A stretch of DNA of 64,000 nt, from NCBI GenBank assembly GCA_951406725.2, contig OX597829.1, positions 868,001 through 932,000 on the forward strand. The letters run 5' to 3'. This document shows, one piece after another, positions 26,355 to 41,278 of the stretch. The stretch's first letter is position 1, and each line of letters begins with the position of its first letter. Position numbers and translations under genes: made by a program. The DNA is from Octopus vulgaris (Eukaryota). A model generated the notes under the pieces. That model was not told the DNA's origin and did no database searches. It worked only from the letters and a program-made list of their open reading frames with translations.

Positions 26355-26781
26355 TACACGTTTACGAATCTGTTTTGCAAGATTCCTGATGTGAAATCGT
26401 TTGTCGAAACAGAGAGACTGTCATTTTGTTTGTTTTTTTTGCCATATGAAGACATGCACTATATATTCGTTCTTCACTCGTGTATTTTTGTTCTTGTTTT
26501 ATGATATGTCCATTGTCTTGAAATCTTTTGCCACACGTCTATGACCTCTTCAGTGGCCCTTTCAATCCACGTGAATCTCCCTGCTCCACCTTGTCCAATA
26601 CATAAATACATAAATACATACATACATACATACATACATACATACATACATACATACATACATACTTGCATACATATATACATGCATGCATAAATATATA
26701 CATACATGCATGAATACATATGTACATACATGCATACATATATACCTGGGGAGGTGTATATGTACATATTGGTTTCATAAT

Positions 26782-27434
26782 TAGGCACAGGGCCAGTAAT
26801 TTCGGGTGAAAGGAAAGTAAATTACATGGATCCCAGTATTAAACTGGTACTTATTTTAAAGACTTACAAAAAATGAAAGGCAAAGTTGACTTCAGCTGAA
26901 TTGGAACTCAGAACGTAAAGACGACCGAATTGTTGCTAAGCATTTTGCCTGGCGTGCTAATGATTCTGCCAGCTTGCCGCCTTAGAAATAACAATAACCC
27001 TTTAGGCGCAAAATCTGAAATTTGGTGGGAGGGAATAAATCGAATAGATCGACCATAGTATTCAATTGGTACTAAATTTATCGACCCCGAAAAGATAAAA
27101 GGAAAATACGATCTCGGTGGAATTTGAACTCAGAACGTAAAGAGGGACGAAATGCCGCAAAGCACTTTCCCGGTGTGCTAACGATTCTGCCAACTAGCCG
27201 CTTTCAAAATGATAGTAATAATTGCTTTAAATCTTGACCATGGGTTAGCAGATTTTAAGAGGCGGGGAAGTCGATTGCATTAAACTCCTTTACTTGGCCA
27301 GTACTTATTTTATCGGCTCCGAAAGGACGGGAGGGAAAGTCGAACTTCGCGGATATGAGTTCAGAATGTATGTACGGACGAAATGCTACTCAGCATTTTG
27401 TCCGAGTGCAACGATTCTCTCAGCGAGCTGCCTT
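26782..27434 (-). mobile_element. Three tandem older Meta-type SINEs
   Basis: About 200-bp units at roughly 26782-26983, 27003-27203 and 27232-27434, each with the central domain and a head like gctaacgattctgccagc. Confidence 0.8.
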
Positions 27435-27544
27435 GATCTTATATTATAAAAATGAAGCGGACCTCCGTCTGTCTGTCCGTCACAACATCTATTAGAGGTC
27501 TATTAGAGGGAGGGAAAGAAGGCGAAGAGTCAAAATATACGTCA

Positions 27545-27745
27545 CAATGTAATTTGAGACTCATCATGGATATCAAGTGGACCGACCAACACTGAAGTCC
27601 TCATCCGAGCCAAGATATCCAGTTTACTCTCCCTACTCCAGCAGCGTCTTTTGCGCTGGCTCGGTCATGTACATCGCATGTTGGACGGAAGGATCCCAAA
27701 AGATCTCCTGTATAGGGAATTGGCCACCGGCTCAAGAGCACGAGA
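27545..27745 (+). mobile_element. RTE-clade LINE 3' ORF fragment
   Basis: Translates with a frameshift as LRLIMDIKWTD..NTEVLIRAKISSLLSLLQQRLLRWLGHVHRMLDGRIPKDLLYRELATG. Confidence 0.85.
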
Positions 27746-29086
27746 TCTGGTATTTTAGTATACGTCTTTTATAATTATTCCTGCAGTGGTTGGACTTGGC
27801 CCTTCTTGTCAGTCTAGACAGGCATGACATAGATCATTACACATGCCGTTTGTTCGGTACATGTGTATACCAATTTCTTAAATGCTGATACAGTCTCATG
27901 CTACTTAGTGACAGGGTAGGCACATACTTGTACCTTTTAGTATCGGCGTTGGTTCAAGCATATACCATTTCTTCACGACGTTGGTGCACGCTTAAAACAC
28001 TTCGTCACAGCTAAGTGATGGTACATTGTCCAATGTACATGGCTGTCGGCTCCATCATCTTTGTGTATATATTCCGATCTTTCAAGGACCAACCAGTCAA
28101 GAATGTTGAGATCAATTGTCGCATTGAATTAATTGCATAATTCTGTACATGGTGTTTGGCTCTTCCTTTTTTTTTTCTTTTTCCTTCTGTTCTCTTTTTA
28201 AGATAGAATAATTTCTTACCTCTGATGCTATTAGAAAAATACAAAATAAATTTTTAAAAATAGATAAATAAACAAATAAATAAAAGCACAAAGAACCAAC
28301 TCGTAACTGAATTGCGAGAAATTCCTTTCTTTCGTTATCTTAACGTCAATACATTTAATTGACATTATGTAAGCATTGAAAGAGTATTGCCTTTCTAGGT
28401 GAATGCCGAAGATGCAAATAAGACAAAAATAATCCTTATGAGAAATCCCTTCAGATAAAATGAATAGTAACAATGTGTACGTTGCGTCTGGCATTACTTT
28501 AAACTATGTTACACAGCGTAGATGTGGTCATCTTCACATTATCTTGAAACATGCATAACTGTACAATCCTGTAAGCAAACTGCCAATCAGATGAAGAGAC
28601 AATTAGACAGCTAGCCAACCAGCGAACGAAGAGGCCGACCACGTTTCGAAGAAGCTGCTGGCTTAAATAACAACGATCTTATGCAGTAATGTATAATGTC
28701 GTCTTCTCTGACAGGTTTATATTTTATATTGTTACGGAAGATGCACATACATAGATGTAGGTATATAAACATGTGTATATAACTTACGCAGACACAGACA
28801 TACAGGCATATTTGCGTATATGCATCCAAACACGCTCAAATTATGTATGCTTGCAGACTTACTGAGATACAGACAAGCACATGCACGCAAATATACACGC
28901 ATACATACATGCATAGACACGTCCATAATATACTTACACGTGAGCATATATATATGTACGCTTTTGCATGTATATATGTATGTATGTATTTATGTATGTG
29001 TGTGTATATGTGTATGCTTGTTTATGTGTGTATGTATGTGTGTATGTTTGTCTGTGTGTATGTAGGTATGTATATATGTATGTATG

Positions 29087-29120
<34 letters not shown>

Positions 29121-29954
29121 TGTATGTATGTATGTATGTATGTATATGTATGTATGTATGTATGTATGCATGTATGTATGTATGTATGTATGTATGTATG
29201 TATGTATGTATGTATGTATGTATGTATGTATGTATCTTTATGCATGCACACGCTTACACCTAATATGCGAGCAAATCGATGAAGACAACAATTTTGAAAA
29301 CAAAACTTATAAAAATAACCTAATCAAACCGAAAGACAAACGGATAACATTCAAAATATGTCGACCATTTTGGACAAGTAAAACTAGTCATTCTACACGT
29401 AAAACATATTTTCATATTTGTTGTGAGCGACAGAAGCAGTATTAGTTCAAAATCGTTATCTGTATATCATACTTAAAGTAGAAACATCATTAAAGGCTTG
29501 ATAACTGTGGTATTCATCTCGAGATGGCTTATACGTGTTCATATATTGAATTATGTCTTATTATATGTTGTTTCGTTTTGCACCCTTCTCTTCACCACAA
29601 TATGAATGGATAAAAACAAAGAGAAAAAGGAGAAATTTGCCAAAAGGAAAAAAGAAAGAAAGAAAAAGGGAAACGGTAGGCAGGCGGGAAAGAGAGGAAG
29701 GAAAAGAAGTAAAGAAAGAAGATATGGCGGAAAGTTAACATGTATCAGCAGCAAGATGACAAACAATGCTGTTTAGAAAATGGTTAATTAAACTATCTTT
29801 GATTTTTGTTCCTACAAAAAGGTACCAATTTTCGGATTGATTCTTGACACCTTAGTTTAAAGATAACGTTTGATCTAATTTTCTGTTGATTTGGCATTCT
29901 TGTTAGTGTCTTATTTCTTCTCTGTCTCTGTCTGTCTGTCTGGTTGTCTGTCTC

Positions 29955-30016
<62 letters not shown>

Positions 30017-30175
30017 CCTCTCATTGTTGTCGTGCGCGCATGCGAATGACAATAAGTTACTACCAGAAATCACATCTATTACTGCCGATGTCACCTTAAT
30101 AATAACAACAAAAACAACAATAACAACAACAACAACAACAACAATAACAACAACAACAACAATAATAATAATAAT

Positions 30176-30500
30176 AAATGCCCTTATGCTGTACCAGACA
30201 ATGGCTCTCATGGCTTCTGATCTTAACTGATTGGAAGTGTTATCATGTACATTGCTTTGTCTTGGTATAAAAGATGGGCTACAGCAAATATTCTGCTCAA
30301 CACCACAGGTTTGCTTGTGAGTTGTTTGACCTTAACCAGTTGACCATGTCCCTTAGTGGCTGACGATATGTGCATCTCTAATGATAAGCAAAAGTAGTGG
30401 AGGAGCGTTAAGAATAATTTTTTTGAAGCTTCAATAATTCAATTCTGGAAACATGGGTGTTTTATTCATTATCGTTAAACAAACCTTTTGAGCGATATGG
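30176..30500 (+). mobile_element. Partial copy of a TAA-associated non-coding repeat family
   Basis: Reverse-complement similarity to 34508-34999 and 57463-57943. Follows (TAA)n. Confidence 0.75.
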
Positions 30501-30599
30501 GCTTAAAGCAATATCAATCGACTTTGTCTATTTAGAAAGGAAGGCAGCAAATGACTAACTAAACGTCTAAGAAACTGTTGGTCCTGCGATACTGAGTCT

Positions 30600-30915
30600 G
30601 GAAAACTACGTTGTGCAGAGTATGAAAAGAATACTGTCGACGGCCAGAGATGCCTAAAAAGTAACTCAAACCGCGGAAAAATTCAAAGAGAAAAGGAAGT
30701 TCCCGAGAATTTTGAAAGTAACGGTCACTGGCTATGATGATGGACGAGAACTTGAAAAGAGAGACAGAGATCTTAATTATAGCTGCTCACAAACTACTCT
30801 TTAGAACAAATCTGATAAAAGCAAAGATCGACAAAACTCAGTCAGAGAACAAAAGTAGAATCTGCAGAAAAGGGGATAAAAGAATCAATTACATTTGAGT
30901 GAATGCAGTGTATTA
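30600..30915 (+). mobile_element. R4/Dong-like LINE fragment
   Basis: LKRETEILIIAA...RTNLIKAKIDKTQSENKSRICRK...SECSVL, similar to 36550-36720. Confidence 0.75.
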
Positions 30916-30920
30916 CCTAG

Positions 30921-31889
30921 CTACCTACCTACCTACCTACCTACCTACCTACTTACCTACCTACCTACCTACCTACTTACCTACCTACCTACATACCTAC
31001 CTACCTACCTACCTACCTACCTACCTACCTACCTACCTACCTACCTACCTACCTACCTACCTACCTACCTACCTACCTACCTACCTACCTACCTACCTAC
31101 CTACCTACCTACCTACCTACCTACCTACCTACCTACCTACCTACCTACCTACCTACCAACCAACCTACCTACCTACCTACCTACCTACCTACCTACCTAC
31201 CTACCTACCTACCTACCTACCTACCTACCTACCTACCTACCTACCTACCTACCTACCTACCTACCTACCTACCTACCTACCTACCTACCTACCTACCTAC
31301 CTACCTACCTACCTACCTACCTACCAACCAACCTACATACCTACATACCTACCTATCTACCTACCTACATTCATACATATATATATATATACACATACCT
31401 ACATACATACGTGTTTTCATGCATACATGTATACATACTTACATGTATGCATGCGTGCATGGATACAAACCTACAGACATACATACATTCAGATGATATA
31501 GGTACTAACTTACATACATACATAAATACATCCATGCATGAATGCATAGCTCTCTACATACATACATACATACATACATGTTTTCATGCATGCATGTATA
31601 AATACTTACATGTATGCATACATACATTCATACATATATGCAAACCTACAAACATACATACATACGTACCTACCGACCTACATGCATACATGCATGCATA
31701 CATTCTTCATACATTCGTACATGCATACATACATATATACATGTATACATATATACACACACACACAAATATACATGCATGCATACATACATACAAACAT
31801 ACATATATGCATACATACACGCATATATTTATACATGCACACATACACAGACAAACACACATGCATGCATACATAGATAGATAGATAGA

Positions 31890-31920
<31 letters not shown>
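30921..31920. repeat. (CTAC)n followed by a degenerate (ATAC)n tract
   Basis: Direct reading. Confidence 0.95.
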
Positions 31921-33228
31921 CACAGTGATCTCCCTTGTCAAGCGGAGGCTTATGAACGCAGTAATTTAAAAAAGAATGAAAAAAAATAACGACCATTTAA
32001 CTTTGATATAAAGTCAAACGAAGGCACAATAAACTTAACCACTTTCTCGCCCCCTTATCTCTCCGCTCGTAATCCTACTGTCCAAACGTGTGACTATGCA
32101 AGGAATTGCCGTTTGTCATATTACAAAAAGGGAAAACGGAGTCAATGGTTTAATAATATAATACATTATCTCGTATGTGACTACGAGCAAAGACAAACTG
32201 ATGAGCAAGGAAAGCAACAGCCAACAGCACAGTAGCAGTTTAAGCGGCAACAGAAAGAACAACAACAACCACAACAACAACAACAGCAGCAGCAATAAGA
32301 ACAACAACTGAAGCTTCACAAATAGCAGTGTCGGTAAACAAGCAGTAACAAAACGGCAGTAACAAATTCCTCAGATTTATCTTAATCATTTGTTCGTCTT
32401 TAACACCCAAAAGAAATGTTGTTTGCTTTAGACGTGGCTAAGCTCAAAGAAAAACACACGATACGTGATCGTTTGAATAAAAACCCGCCGGCCCAATATC
32501 CACGGATCATGCTGATTGTGGTAATAGCAGTGTAGCGGCGACAGTGGCGACGTTAGATCTACGCTGATGGTGGTGGTGGTGGTGGTGGTAATGGTGGTGA
32601 TGGTTGTGGTGGTGATGGTGGAAGCGATGTTAACGGTGGCTATAACTATTGTAAAAGAATAGATAATGATAGAGCTGGCGAAGATGGTGAAGGTGGTGGT
32701 TGTAATGGCGACAGTAGCTGCGTTTAGTGCAAATAGTAGAAATGATAATGGCGGCCGTCTTAAATGATTATTAGTGTTAGCAGTGGTGTTGGTGGTGGCG
32801 TTAGGGTTGGTTGCGGGAGTGATGGTGGAGGCGAAAGCGGCGGTGTTTATTGATAACAATGAGAGTGGAGCGGTGGTGGGTATTGTAGCGCTGTATTTGT
32901 GATCTCTTTGTTGTTGTTACTGCTGTTGGCGTTACTGTGTTGATGGTGGTGGTGGCGGTGGTGGTTCTAGTGGCGGCGGCGGAAGCGTTTTAGCCCCCAA
33001 GACAAGTCTTGGTGTTTTTGAGCAGACCTATAATGAAAAGCGTTCTAGCTGTGACCATCCTGCCTGTTACAATTATCATTATAATTTTTGTTTCCTTCCT
33101 TCATTCATTCATACATAGGGGACTTCGAATTTTAAGACGTTAAAATGAGATTTAAACGAGATTTGACTGCTACTTTTAGCGGGTTGTGCACACTGGCAGA
33201 AATAATCCGTTGACGCAAACCCATTCGC

Positions 33229-33313
<85 letters not shown>

Positions 33314-34309
33314 ATAATAGCAGCAGCAGGAGCAGTAGTAGCAATAGTAGTAGTGGTAGTAGTGGTGGCGGTGGTGCTGGTGGTGCTGGTGATGGTAGTA
33401 GTAGAAGAATTGATGGCAAAATTGGTAAACTGTTGCTTCTGATGTTGGTGAGTGTGGTAACGTTGTTGGTGGCGGCGGCGTTTTGGTTTTGGTGGTGGTG
33501 ACGGCGGCGTGGTGGGGTGGTGGTTTTGGTCGTGGTGGTGGTGGTGGTATTAGTGGTAGTGGTGGTGCTAGCGCTTGTGGTGATGGTTATAAACAGTGTT
33601 CTTGGCGATGTTGATGTGGTGATGGAGTTTTCATAACGGAAGCGATGTTGACGTTGGTGTATGGAGTGAGTGGTAGTGGTTGCACTGGTGCACATACTGT
33701 TGTGGCGGTGGTCATTGTGATGGCGGTAATGGTAGTGGTAGCGGTGGTGGTGATGGTGATGGTAGTGATGAGGTTATGGTGGTGGTGGTGGTGGTGGTTG
33801 TGGCGGTAGTGTTGGTGGTAGTGGTAGCGGTAGTGGTGGTGATTGAGGTAGTGCTGGTGGTGGTGGTGGTGGTGGTGGTGGTGGCGGCGACGTTGGTAGT
33901 GTTGGCTAGTGAGTTAGTTGTTGATGACTTTTAATGAATGCTGCAGTTTTATAATGGAAGCGGTCGTGGGACATTATTTGGCGGCTGAAGATAATGGCTG
34001 TTTTTGTGTCAGTTTTAAATAGCAATGATGGTTGCAATGATCGTGGTAATAACGGAGTACGGATGGTGTCTTAAGGCGTCAGTGATTGTTGATGTGGAAA
34101 TGTCTTATGAATGGATTGGGAAAACTAGTGATGGTAGTGGTGGCGGCCGTGGTGGATGGTTGTGACAATCGTGTTATGGATGAAGGTAGTGGTGATGGTG
34201 GTAGTGGTGGTGGTGGTGGTGGTGATGCCGAAGGCGGTGCGTGTGCGGCGATTAACGTGTAATCATCGTCAACGTCGTTGTTGTGGTAGTTCTGGGTGCT
34301 GTGGATATG

Positions 34310-34352
<43 letters not shown>

Positions 34353-34507
34353 ATACTAATACTAATACTAATACTGTCATCATCATCATCATCATCATCA
34401 TTAGGTGGCGAGCTGGCAGTATCGTTAGCATGCCGGGCAAAATCTTCAGCGGTATTTCGTCTGCTGCTCGCTCTGAGTTCAAATTCCACCAATATACCCA
34501 TCATAAA

Positions 34508-34999
34508 TACCCGTCTGATAAGGCTACACCAGGCACAGGCAACACAACCATACGTGCGCGATATGTTGATCTATATCAAGATAAACAGCGCATGACCTTG
34601 CAGGTGGGGCCCAGTTAGAAATTTCGTCAGGTCAAGCAGACCAACCTGCTCAAAAGGTCCCTTAATAAAAGTTGTGCAAGGATTTTGAACGAACCACCCA
34701 TATTTTCATAGGTGAATTATTGAAACCGCAAAGAATTCTTCTCAACACATGGTTATGATGCTTCCCCGTTACTTTTGCTCGTGATCAAAGATGCACATAT
34801 CGACAATTATTAAGGGACATGCTCAACTGGTTAAGGCGAAACAACTGAGAAACAAATTTGTTATATTGAGCAGAATATTTACTGCAGCCCATCTTTTATA
34901 CTAAGATAAAATATGTACATGAAAACACTTCCAATCAGTTAAGATAAAAACATTTTTCAAAAAACATGAAAGCCAGTGCCTGGTATTGCATCAAGGCAT
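34508..34999 (-). mobile_element. TAA-associated non-coding repeat family copy, preceded by a Meta-SINE head (34403-34490)
   Basis: Shares catgaccttgcaggtggggcccagttagaaattt and downstream sequence with 57463-57943. Confidence 0.8.
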
Positions 35000-35925
35000 G
35001 AAATGCGATGAGGTTCTAGGGAAGACTCTGGGTGTCGACAAGAACGAACTGGCGAGTTTCTTCTGGTGGACTTTCCGGTCGCGAACTATCATGGATAATT
35101 TCCAGACGTCCTTGGCCTGGCAGTGCTACCGGTGGGGTGCTACTGATTCGAGATAAATTCTACAGGCACCGATGTGCTGTCAAACGTGCTTCTATGAGGT
35201 GCGCTCAGAGTGACGATTCCGTTCTGGATGCCCTCGTTCAGTGTCCGGGCATTGCTGACTTCTGGAGTCATGTTGAACAGCTGCTGCCACGTGTGGGACG
35301 GATCCGTCTGCCAGCTGAGACTGTAGAGATGAACGCACCGCCACCTTCCTTCAATCGGGCAAGCAAGACAGCTTTCCTTTGCCTGGTGGCTGTGGCGAAA
35401 GAGACTGGCGGACAAGGCGGAAAGAGAGGAGGACGGCAGATATATTCCTCTCTGATAGAGCTCACATTGACTTTTTCAAGTTTCTCTTGAAAAGGAAATT
35501 GAGAGTGGAGAGGGAAGTGTTGTCCTCGATTGAGTTTATTGAAAGGTGGGTAAAAGTTGCGAAAATGGCGAGAGAGGATGGTACCTCTCTAAGTGTAGGC
35601 CTGTGAGTCGGAGAGAAGGAATTGGAGAGGGCACTTGCTCTTGAGTTTTCAGGGAAATCTCGGACAGTGGGATTTCTCGATTATCCTTAGAGGCCTTCCT
35701 GTATCAGGAGGGCCACATCTCTATCATCCCCTCCGCCATTTTTCTTAAACCTTTGTATTCTATGCATATGTCCCTTCTTTTTCAGTGTATACCGTGTATA
35801 CTTAATTTCTATCTCCCTTACCCCACTTTTTAAAATCATTTCATCATATGTATAAGCCTCCACACCTTATGACTATATCTGTACTGTCTCCCTCATCCTC
35901 CGCCCTTGTGGTATATAAATGACAT
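35000..35925 (+). mobile_element. Tx1/L1-like LINE 3' end (C-terminal Zn-knuckle region and UTR)
   Basis: SLAWQCYR..LLIRDKFYRH...RCAQSDDSVLDALVQCP...LKRKLRVEREVLS...RWVKVAKMA. Pyrimidine-rich UTR ending gcccttgtgg...(ATT)n. Confidence 0.75.
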
Positions 35926-35969
35926 TATTATTATCATTATTATTATTATTGTTGTTGTTGCTGTTGTTG

Positions 35970-37085
35970 TTATTTCAGACACACACAGCAGATTAAACTG
36001 CTGGAAACGAAAAATTCCCAACATCGGGCTACAAGTAACCTTAGATGTCAAGAACATTTCAAAGTATTCTAGCTGTCCTTAATAACGTCGTTTTCTGGAA
36101 CTGCAATAAACTAGTTCATATGCCTATTTCCTCCTATTTCCTCTATCCATCTGTTCAAATCTTTAGCGATAGTTTTTAATGCACCTTTAACTACTGGGAT
36201 ACATTTACCCGCAGTTACCGCGGCCTCTGTAACTCAATGGTTAGACCCTGGGACTTTCTTATTTTTTCTAAACTTCTCACGTTGATTTTCTCCACATGTG
36301 GAACGGTAAAATTGATTACCCGACACTTTCTATTCTCTTTGTCTCTATTACTACTAAATCAGGTCTTCTAGCTTCTATAACCGTCAGTCTGAATGTTAAA
36401 ATCCCACAACATCTTGTATTTCTTACTTTCTAGTACTTTACTAGGTTCATGTTCCCACCATTTATGGGTATGTTCAAATCCTAGTATAACACCCAATGGA
36501 TTACTCTACCTGGGTTGTCCTGTCTTTTCTTGTATTCTTTCTGTGCCAGCATGCTACATTCACTTACTATATGAATAACCCTTTCCTCTTTTGATTTGCA
36601 TAACCTACATTGGGAATCTATTTGGTTTTTGTCTAGCTTGGCGCTTATCCGATTAGTCTTAATGCTTGATCTTGTGCTGCTACTAACAAACTTTCTGTCT
36701 CCCTTTTCAGCTTTCTTTTCTGCAACCGTAACCATGTCTCATTATCACTATTTACTACAATCATCTTTAGGAATCTACCGAGCAAAGCCTTCTCTTGCCA
36801 GTTAGATAATCTTGCTCCTTTTTTTCTGGTTTTTAACCTCATTTGGCTTTTTGGCCTTTTGGTTTCCCTATGTCCTATTGTAACGCTAGCAGCTCTTAGG
36901 AGACTTTCTTCCCAATTACCTACATAAGAGTCTATATCTACTCTAGCTAACTCCATGCAGTCTTCAACTGATATTAACCCTCTTCCATATTCCTTTCTAG
37001 GTAAGTATAATCTTGCCACTCCTACTGTTGGGTGGAGTTCTCCATTCATATTATATTCTTTCCTAGTTCTTCTGTCTATTATCAA
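35970..37085 (-). mobile_element. R4/Dong-like LINE 3' part (CCHC and restriction-like endonuclease), frameshifted
   Basis: IDRRTRK..M.GELHP...RLYLPRKEYGRGL; LKRETESLLVAAQDQALR; CRLCK..E...HIVSEC; LWDF...IEARRPDL. Confidence 0.88.
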
Positions 37086-37151
37086 AGATGGGTGAAAGTT
37101 GCAAGAATGGCAAGAGTGGATGGTATCTCTTTAAGTTAGAGATACCATCCA

Positions 37152-37380
37152 GGCAAGCTGGTAGAAATGTTAGCACGCCGGGCGAAGTGCTTAGTGGTAT
37201 TTCATCTGCGGTTACGTTCTGGGTTCAAATTCCGTCGAAGTCGACTTTGCCTTTTATCCTTTCGGGGTCGATTTAATAAGTACCAGTTAGGCACTTGGGT
37301 CGATATAATCGACTTAATCCGTTTGCCTGTCCTTGTTTGCTTTCTCTGTGTTTAGCCCCTTGTGGGTAGTAAAGAAATAT
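37152..37380 (+). mobile_element. Meta-type SINE
   Basis: Same family as 276-512. Confidence 0.88.
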
Positions 37381-37887
37381 ATTATTATTGTTGTTGTTGT
37401 TTTTGTCGTTATTATACTTAGGAAGTTTTAGATTTTTAAGCTATAGTATCGTAAGGGCGGACCTTGCCTTCCAACTTACCGAGGTCGATAAAACTGTATA
37501 TCTGGTCAATAATAACAATCACTATTGTTGTTGTTGTTGTTGTTGTTTAGTTGTTAGTATTACTTTATACAGTAAAAACGAACAACTAATAAACATGCAC
37601 ATATATACACATGCTTTTTGAAAAATTGAAATATTTCTGTGTATACTGTGCGTCTGTCTGTCTGTCACTCTGCCTGTCTGCCTGACTGTCTGTCTGTCTA
37701 TCTGTCTGTCTGTCTGTCAATCTGCATGTCCGCCTTTCTTCTTTCTACCTGTCTACCTACCTACCTACCTACCTACCTACCTACCTACCTACCTACCTAC
37801 CTACCTACCTACCTACCTACCTACCTACCTACCTACCTATCTATCTATCTATCTATCTACTACCTACCTACCTACCTACCTACCTAC

Positions 37888-37961
<74 letters not shown>

Positions 37962-37970
37962 GTCTGTCTA

Positions 37971-38001
<31 letters not shown>

Positions 38002-38125
38002 GTCTGTCTGTCTGTCTATCTATCTGTCTGTCTGTGCGTCTATCTATCTTTTTTTTCTCTCTGTCTGTCTGTCTGTCTGTCTGTCTGTTTTTCTTTCTCT
38101 CTCTATATATATACTATATATTATA

Positions 38126-38175
<50 letters not shown>

Positions 38176-39554
38176 CAAACGCACACACACACACAACACA
38201 CACACACACACACACACACAGACACACACTGACACACACATTGGCACACACACACATACATAAAGTTTGTTTTTGTTTTTACTGAACTACTACTTACTCT
38301 TTTCATCTTGGATCAAAGGGATTATAAACAACAACAATCCCCATCACCACAACAAAAAACATACACAAGAAGATATCAAAGAATTCATTCATATACAGCA
38401 ATGATGGTTAGTAGAGAAGTGCCAGATGTGCATTTAGAACCTCCTGGTAGCATTATATGCATTTCTCATTCCTTGCCTCACATGATCCCATTAATTCTTT
38501 CCTTCCATCCTTCCTTTCTCTTCTTCAATCTTTCCTTACTTTCATTCATTCATTCATTCATTCATTCATTCTTCCGTTATTTCTTCGCTTCTTTCTTTCA
38601 CACGCTCTTTCTCACTTTCACTTTCTTTCATTTTCTTTCTTCAATCGTTTCTCTCTATCGATAATTCTTTGCTTTTCTGCTTTTCCTTTCGTTATACTCA
38701 TTTATCTTCTTCTTCTTCTTCTTCTTCTTCTTCTTCTTCTTCTTCTTCTTCTTCTTCTTCTTCTTCTTCTTCTTCTCCTCCTTCTCCTCCTCCTTCTCCT
38801 CCTCCTCCTCCTCCTCCTTCTTCTTCTTCTTCTTCTTCTTCTTCTTCATTTTCTGCGCCTTTTGGTGCTGCTGACGAAGGTAACAAGAGGAGGAGAAAGA
38901 GGAAGAAGAAGAAGAAGAAGAACAACAACAACAACAGCAATAGCAACAACAACTGATGAACTGGAATTGCATCTGTTCTTTGTCGTTGTCACGACCGACG
39001 TCAAAGCACACCTTGACAATGATGAATATAAAGATGAAGACGGCGATGATGATGATCTAGATATACTACAACAACAACGCTAACAATCATCACCATCATC
39101 ATCACCACCACCATCAACAGCAGCAGCAGCAGCAGCAGCAGCAACGGAGGCGTCATCATCATTAAATCTACCTGCATCTACAATTCTATTTTATTAATCA
39201 CTATTTCTTCATATTTCTCTCCATCCACCCAGTCTTTTACCATTTTCCCCGTCACCCTTCCCCATCATTTGTTTTGTTTTTTTTTTGTCAGCGTCTTCTT
39301 TGTTTCTTTCTCGATATCATTTCCTGATTCATTGCAATTCCCACCCCCTGCTGCGATTCACTCACCCACCCTCAATTCGACCCGTATCGCAACCGCAACT
39401 GGCACCATAGTTGCTCCCCGTTTTCATCGTCCGCTTTTTATTCTCTTTCCGCCTCGTACACATTCATAATTACCACTACAACAACAACAACAGCAGTCAC
39501 ATCATAGAATAAGCACCACAACCACCACAACTGCCGTAACTTCCGACTCCACTA

Positions 39555-39664
39555 TCATCATCGACGTCGTCGTCGTCATCCTCCTCCTCATCATCATCGT
39601 CGTCATCATCATCATCATCATCATCATCATCGTCATCATCATTATCGTCATCATCATCATCGTC

Positions 39665-39716
<52 letters not shown>

Positions 39717-39720
39717 CCAC

Positions 39721-39761
<41 letters not shown>

Positions 39762-39765
39762 CCAC

Positions 39766-39797
<32 letters not shown>

Positions 39798-39857
39798 CCA
39801 CCATCATCACCATCACCATCATCATCATCATCATCACCACCACCATCATTATCGTCG

Positions 39858-39929
<72 letters not shown>

Positions 39930-39930
39930 C

Positions 39931-39965
<35 letters not shown>

Positions 39966-39976
39966 CCACCATCATT

Positions 39977-40011
<35 letters not shown>

Positions 40012-40664
40012 TAACACTTGTCAACATCATCACTATCGTCACTACCATCACTTTCATTGTCACCGTCATTATTGTCATTATCGTCATCATCATCATCGTA
40101 TTCATCATTGTCATCAACAGCGTTCACGTGTTCGTCGCCATCATCATCAGCGGCAATTCATTATATGCAACATTATTACCAAAACAGTCACCATTATTGC
40201 AACCAATATTACCAAAGAGAGCAGCAGCAGCAGCTGCAACACCATCATCACAATCATCAACGTCACCCCTACAACCACCACCACCACCACTACCACCACC
40301 ATGATGGTAGTAAGCGTTGACAACAACAACAACAACAATGACAAACTTCAGTCGTTTCCTCATTTAGCGTAAACCTGTCCTTTAGTGTCTCTGAGGTTCC
40401 AGTGAAAGGAGGCGATGGCAGATACCACAGAGTTTATTCCAGCAGGAATAGCGGACCGTTCTAACCCGCAATTACACTAATGAGAGTCTACAGCATATGC
40501 ACAAATACGTATGCATGTATGTATGTATGTATGTATGTATGTATGTATGTATGTATGTATGTATGTATGTATGTATGTATGCATGCATGCATCCATGTAT
40601 GTATGTATGCATGAATGTATGTATGTATGTATTAAGTATGTATGCATGTATGTATGTATGTATG

Positions 40665-40698
<34 letters not shown>

Positions 40699-41240
40699 TG
40701 TATGTATGTATTCATGCATGCATGCATGTATGCATGTATGTATGTATGTATGTATGTATGTATGTATGTATGTATGTATGTATGCATGCACGTATGTATG
40801 TATGTATGCATGCATGTATGCATGTATGTATGTATAAATGTATGTATATTGCTATGTATATATGTATTTATGTCTGTATGCATGTACGTATGTATATATG
40901 TATGTATGTAGGTATGCATGTACGTGTGTATGCATGCTTGCATGTATATATGTATGTATGTATTTATATATGCATGCATCTGTGTATATATGTATGTATG
41001 GATGGATGTGTGGATCGATGTATGTATACATGTTGGTATGTATGCATGTATATATATATTTATATGCATATATGTTTGTATGTATGTATGCATGTATGTA
41101 TGCATGTGCGTATGTATGTGTGTATGTGTGTATGCATGTATGCATTGATGGATGTTAGTATGTCTGTATGGATGAACGGATGCAAGGATGGATGGGTGGA
41201 TGTATGCATGTATAGATGGATGTACATTTGGATGGGTGAA
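39555..41240. repeat. (CAT)n tract (39555-40110) and (ATGT)n tract (40505-41240)
   Basis: Direct reading. Confidence 0.9.
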
Positions 41241-41278
41241 TGAAACGATAGATTGTATGAGGGATGTATGTTAGCATG

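Noticed and set aside
26383-26424. Hammerhead-like CTGATGT...GAAACAG..CTGTC
   Set aside because: A9 is altered, stem II is weak and stem I does not pair.
26531-26556. Minus-strand CCA-CTGAAGA-gGTCataGAC..TGG
   Set aside because: The GAAA half of the core is missing, so it is at most a deleted relic.
27780-28160. Unique sequence that might be an exon or transposase relic
   Set aside because: No recognisable motif in the frames read, and no convincing splice sites.
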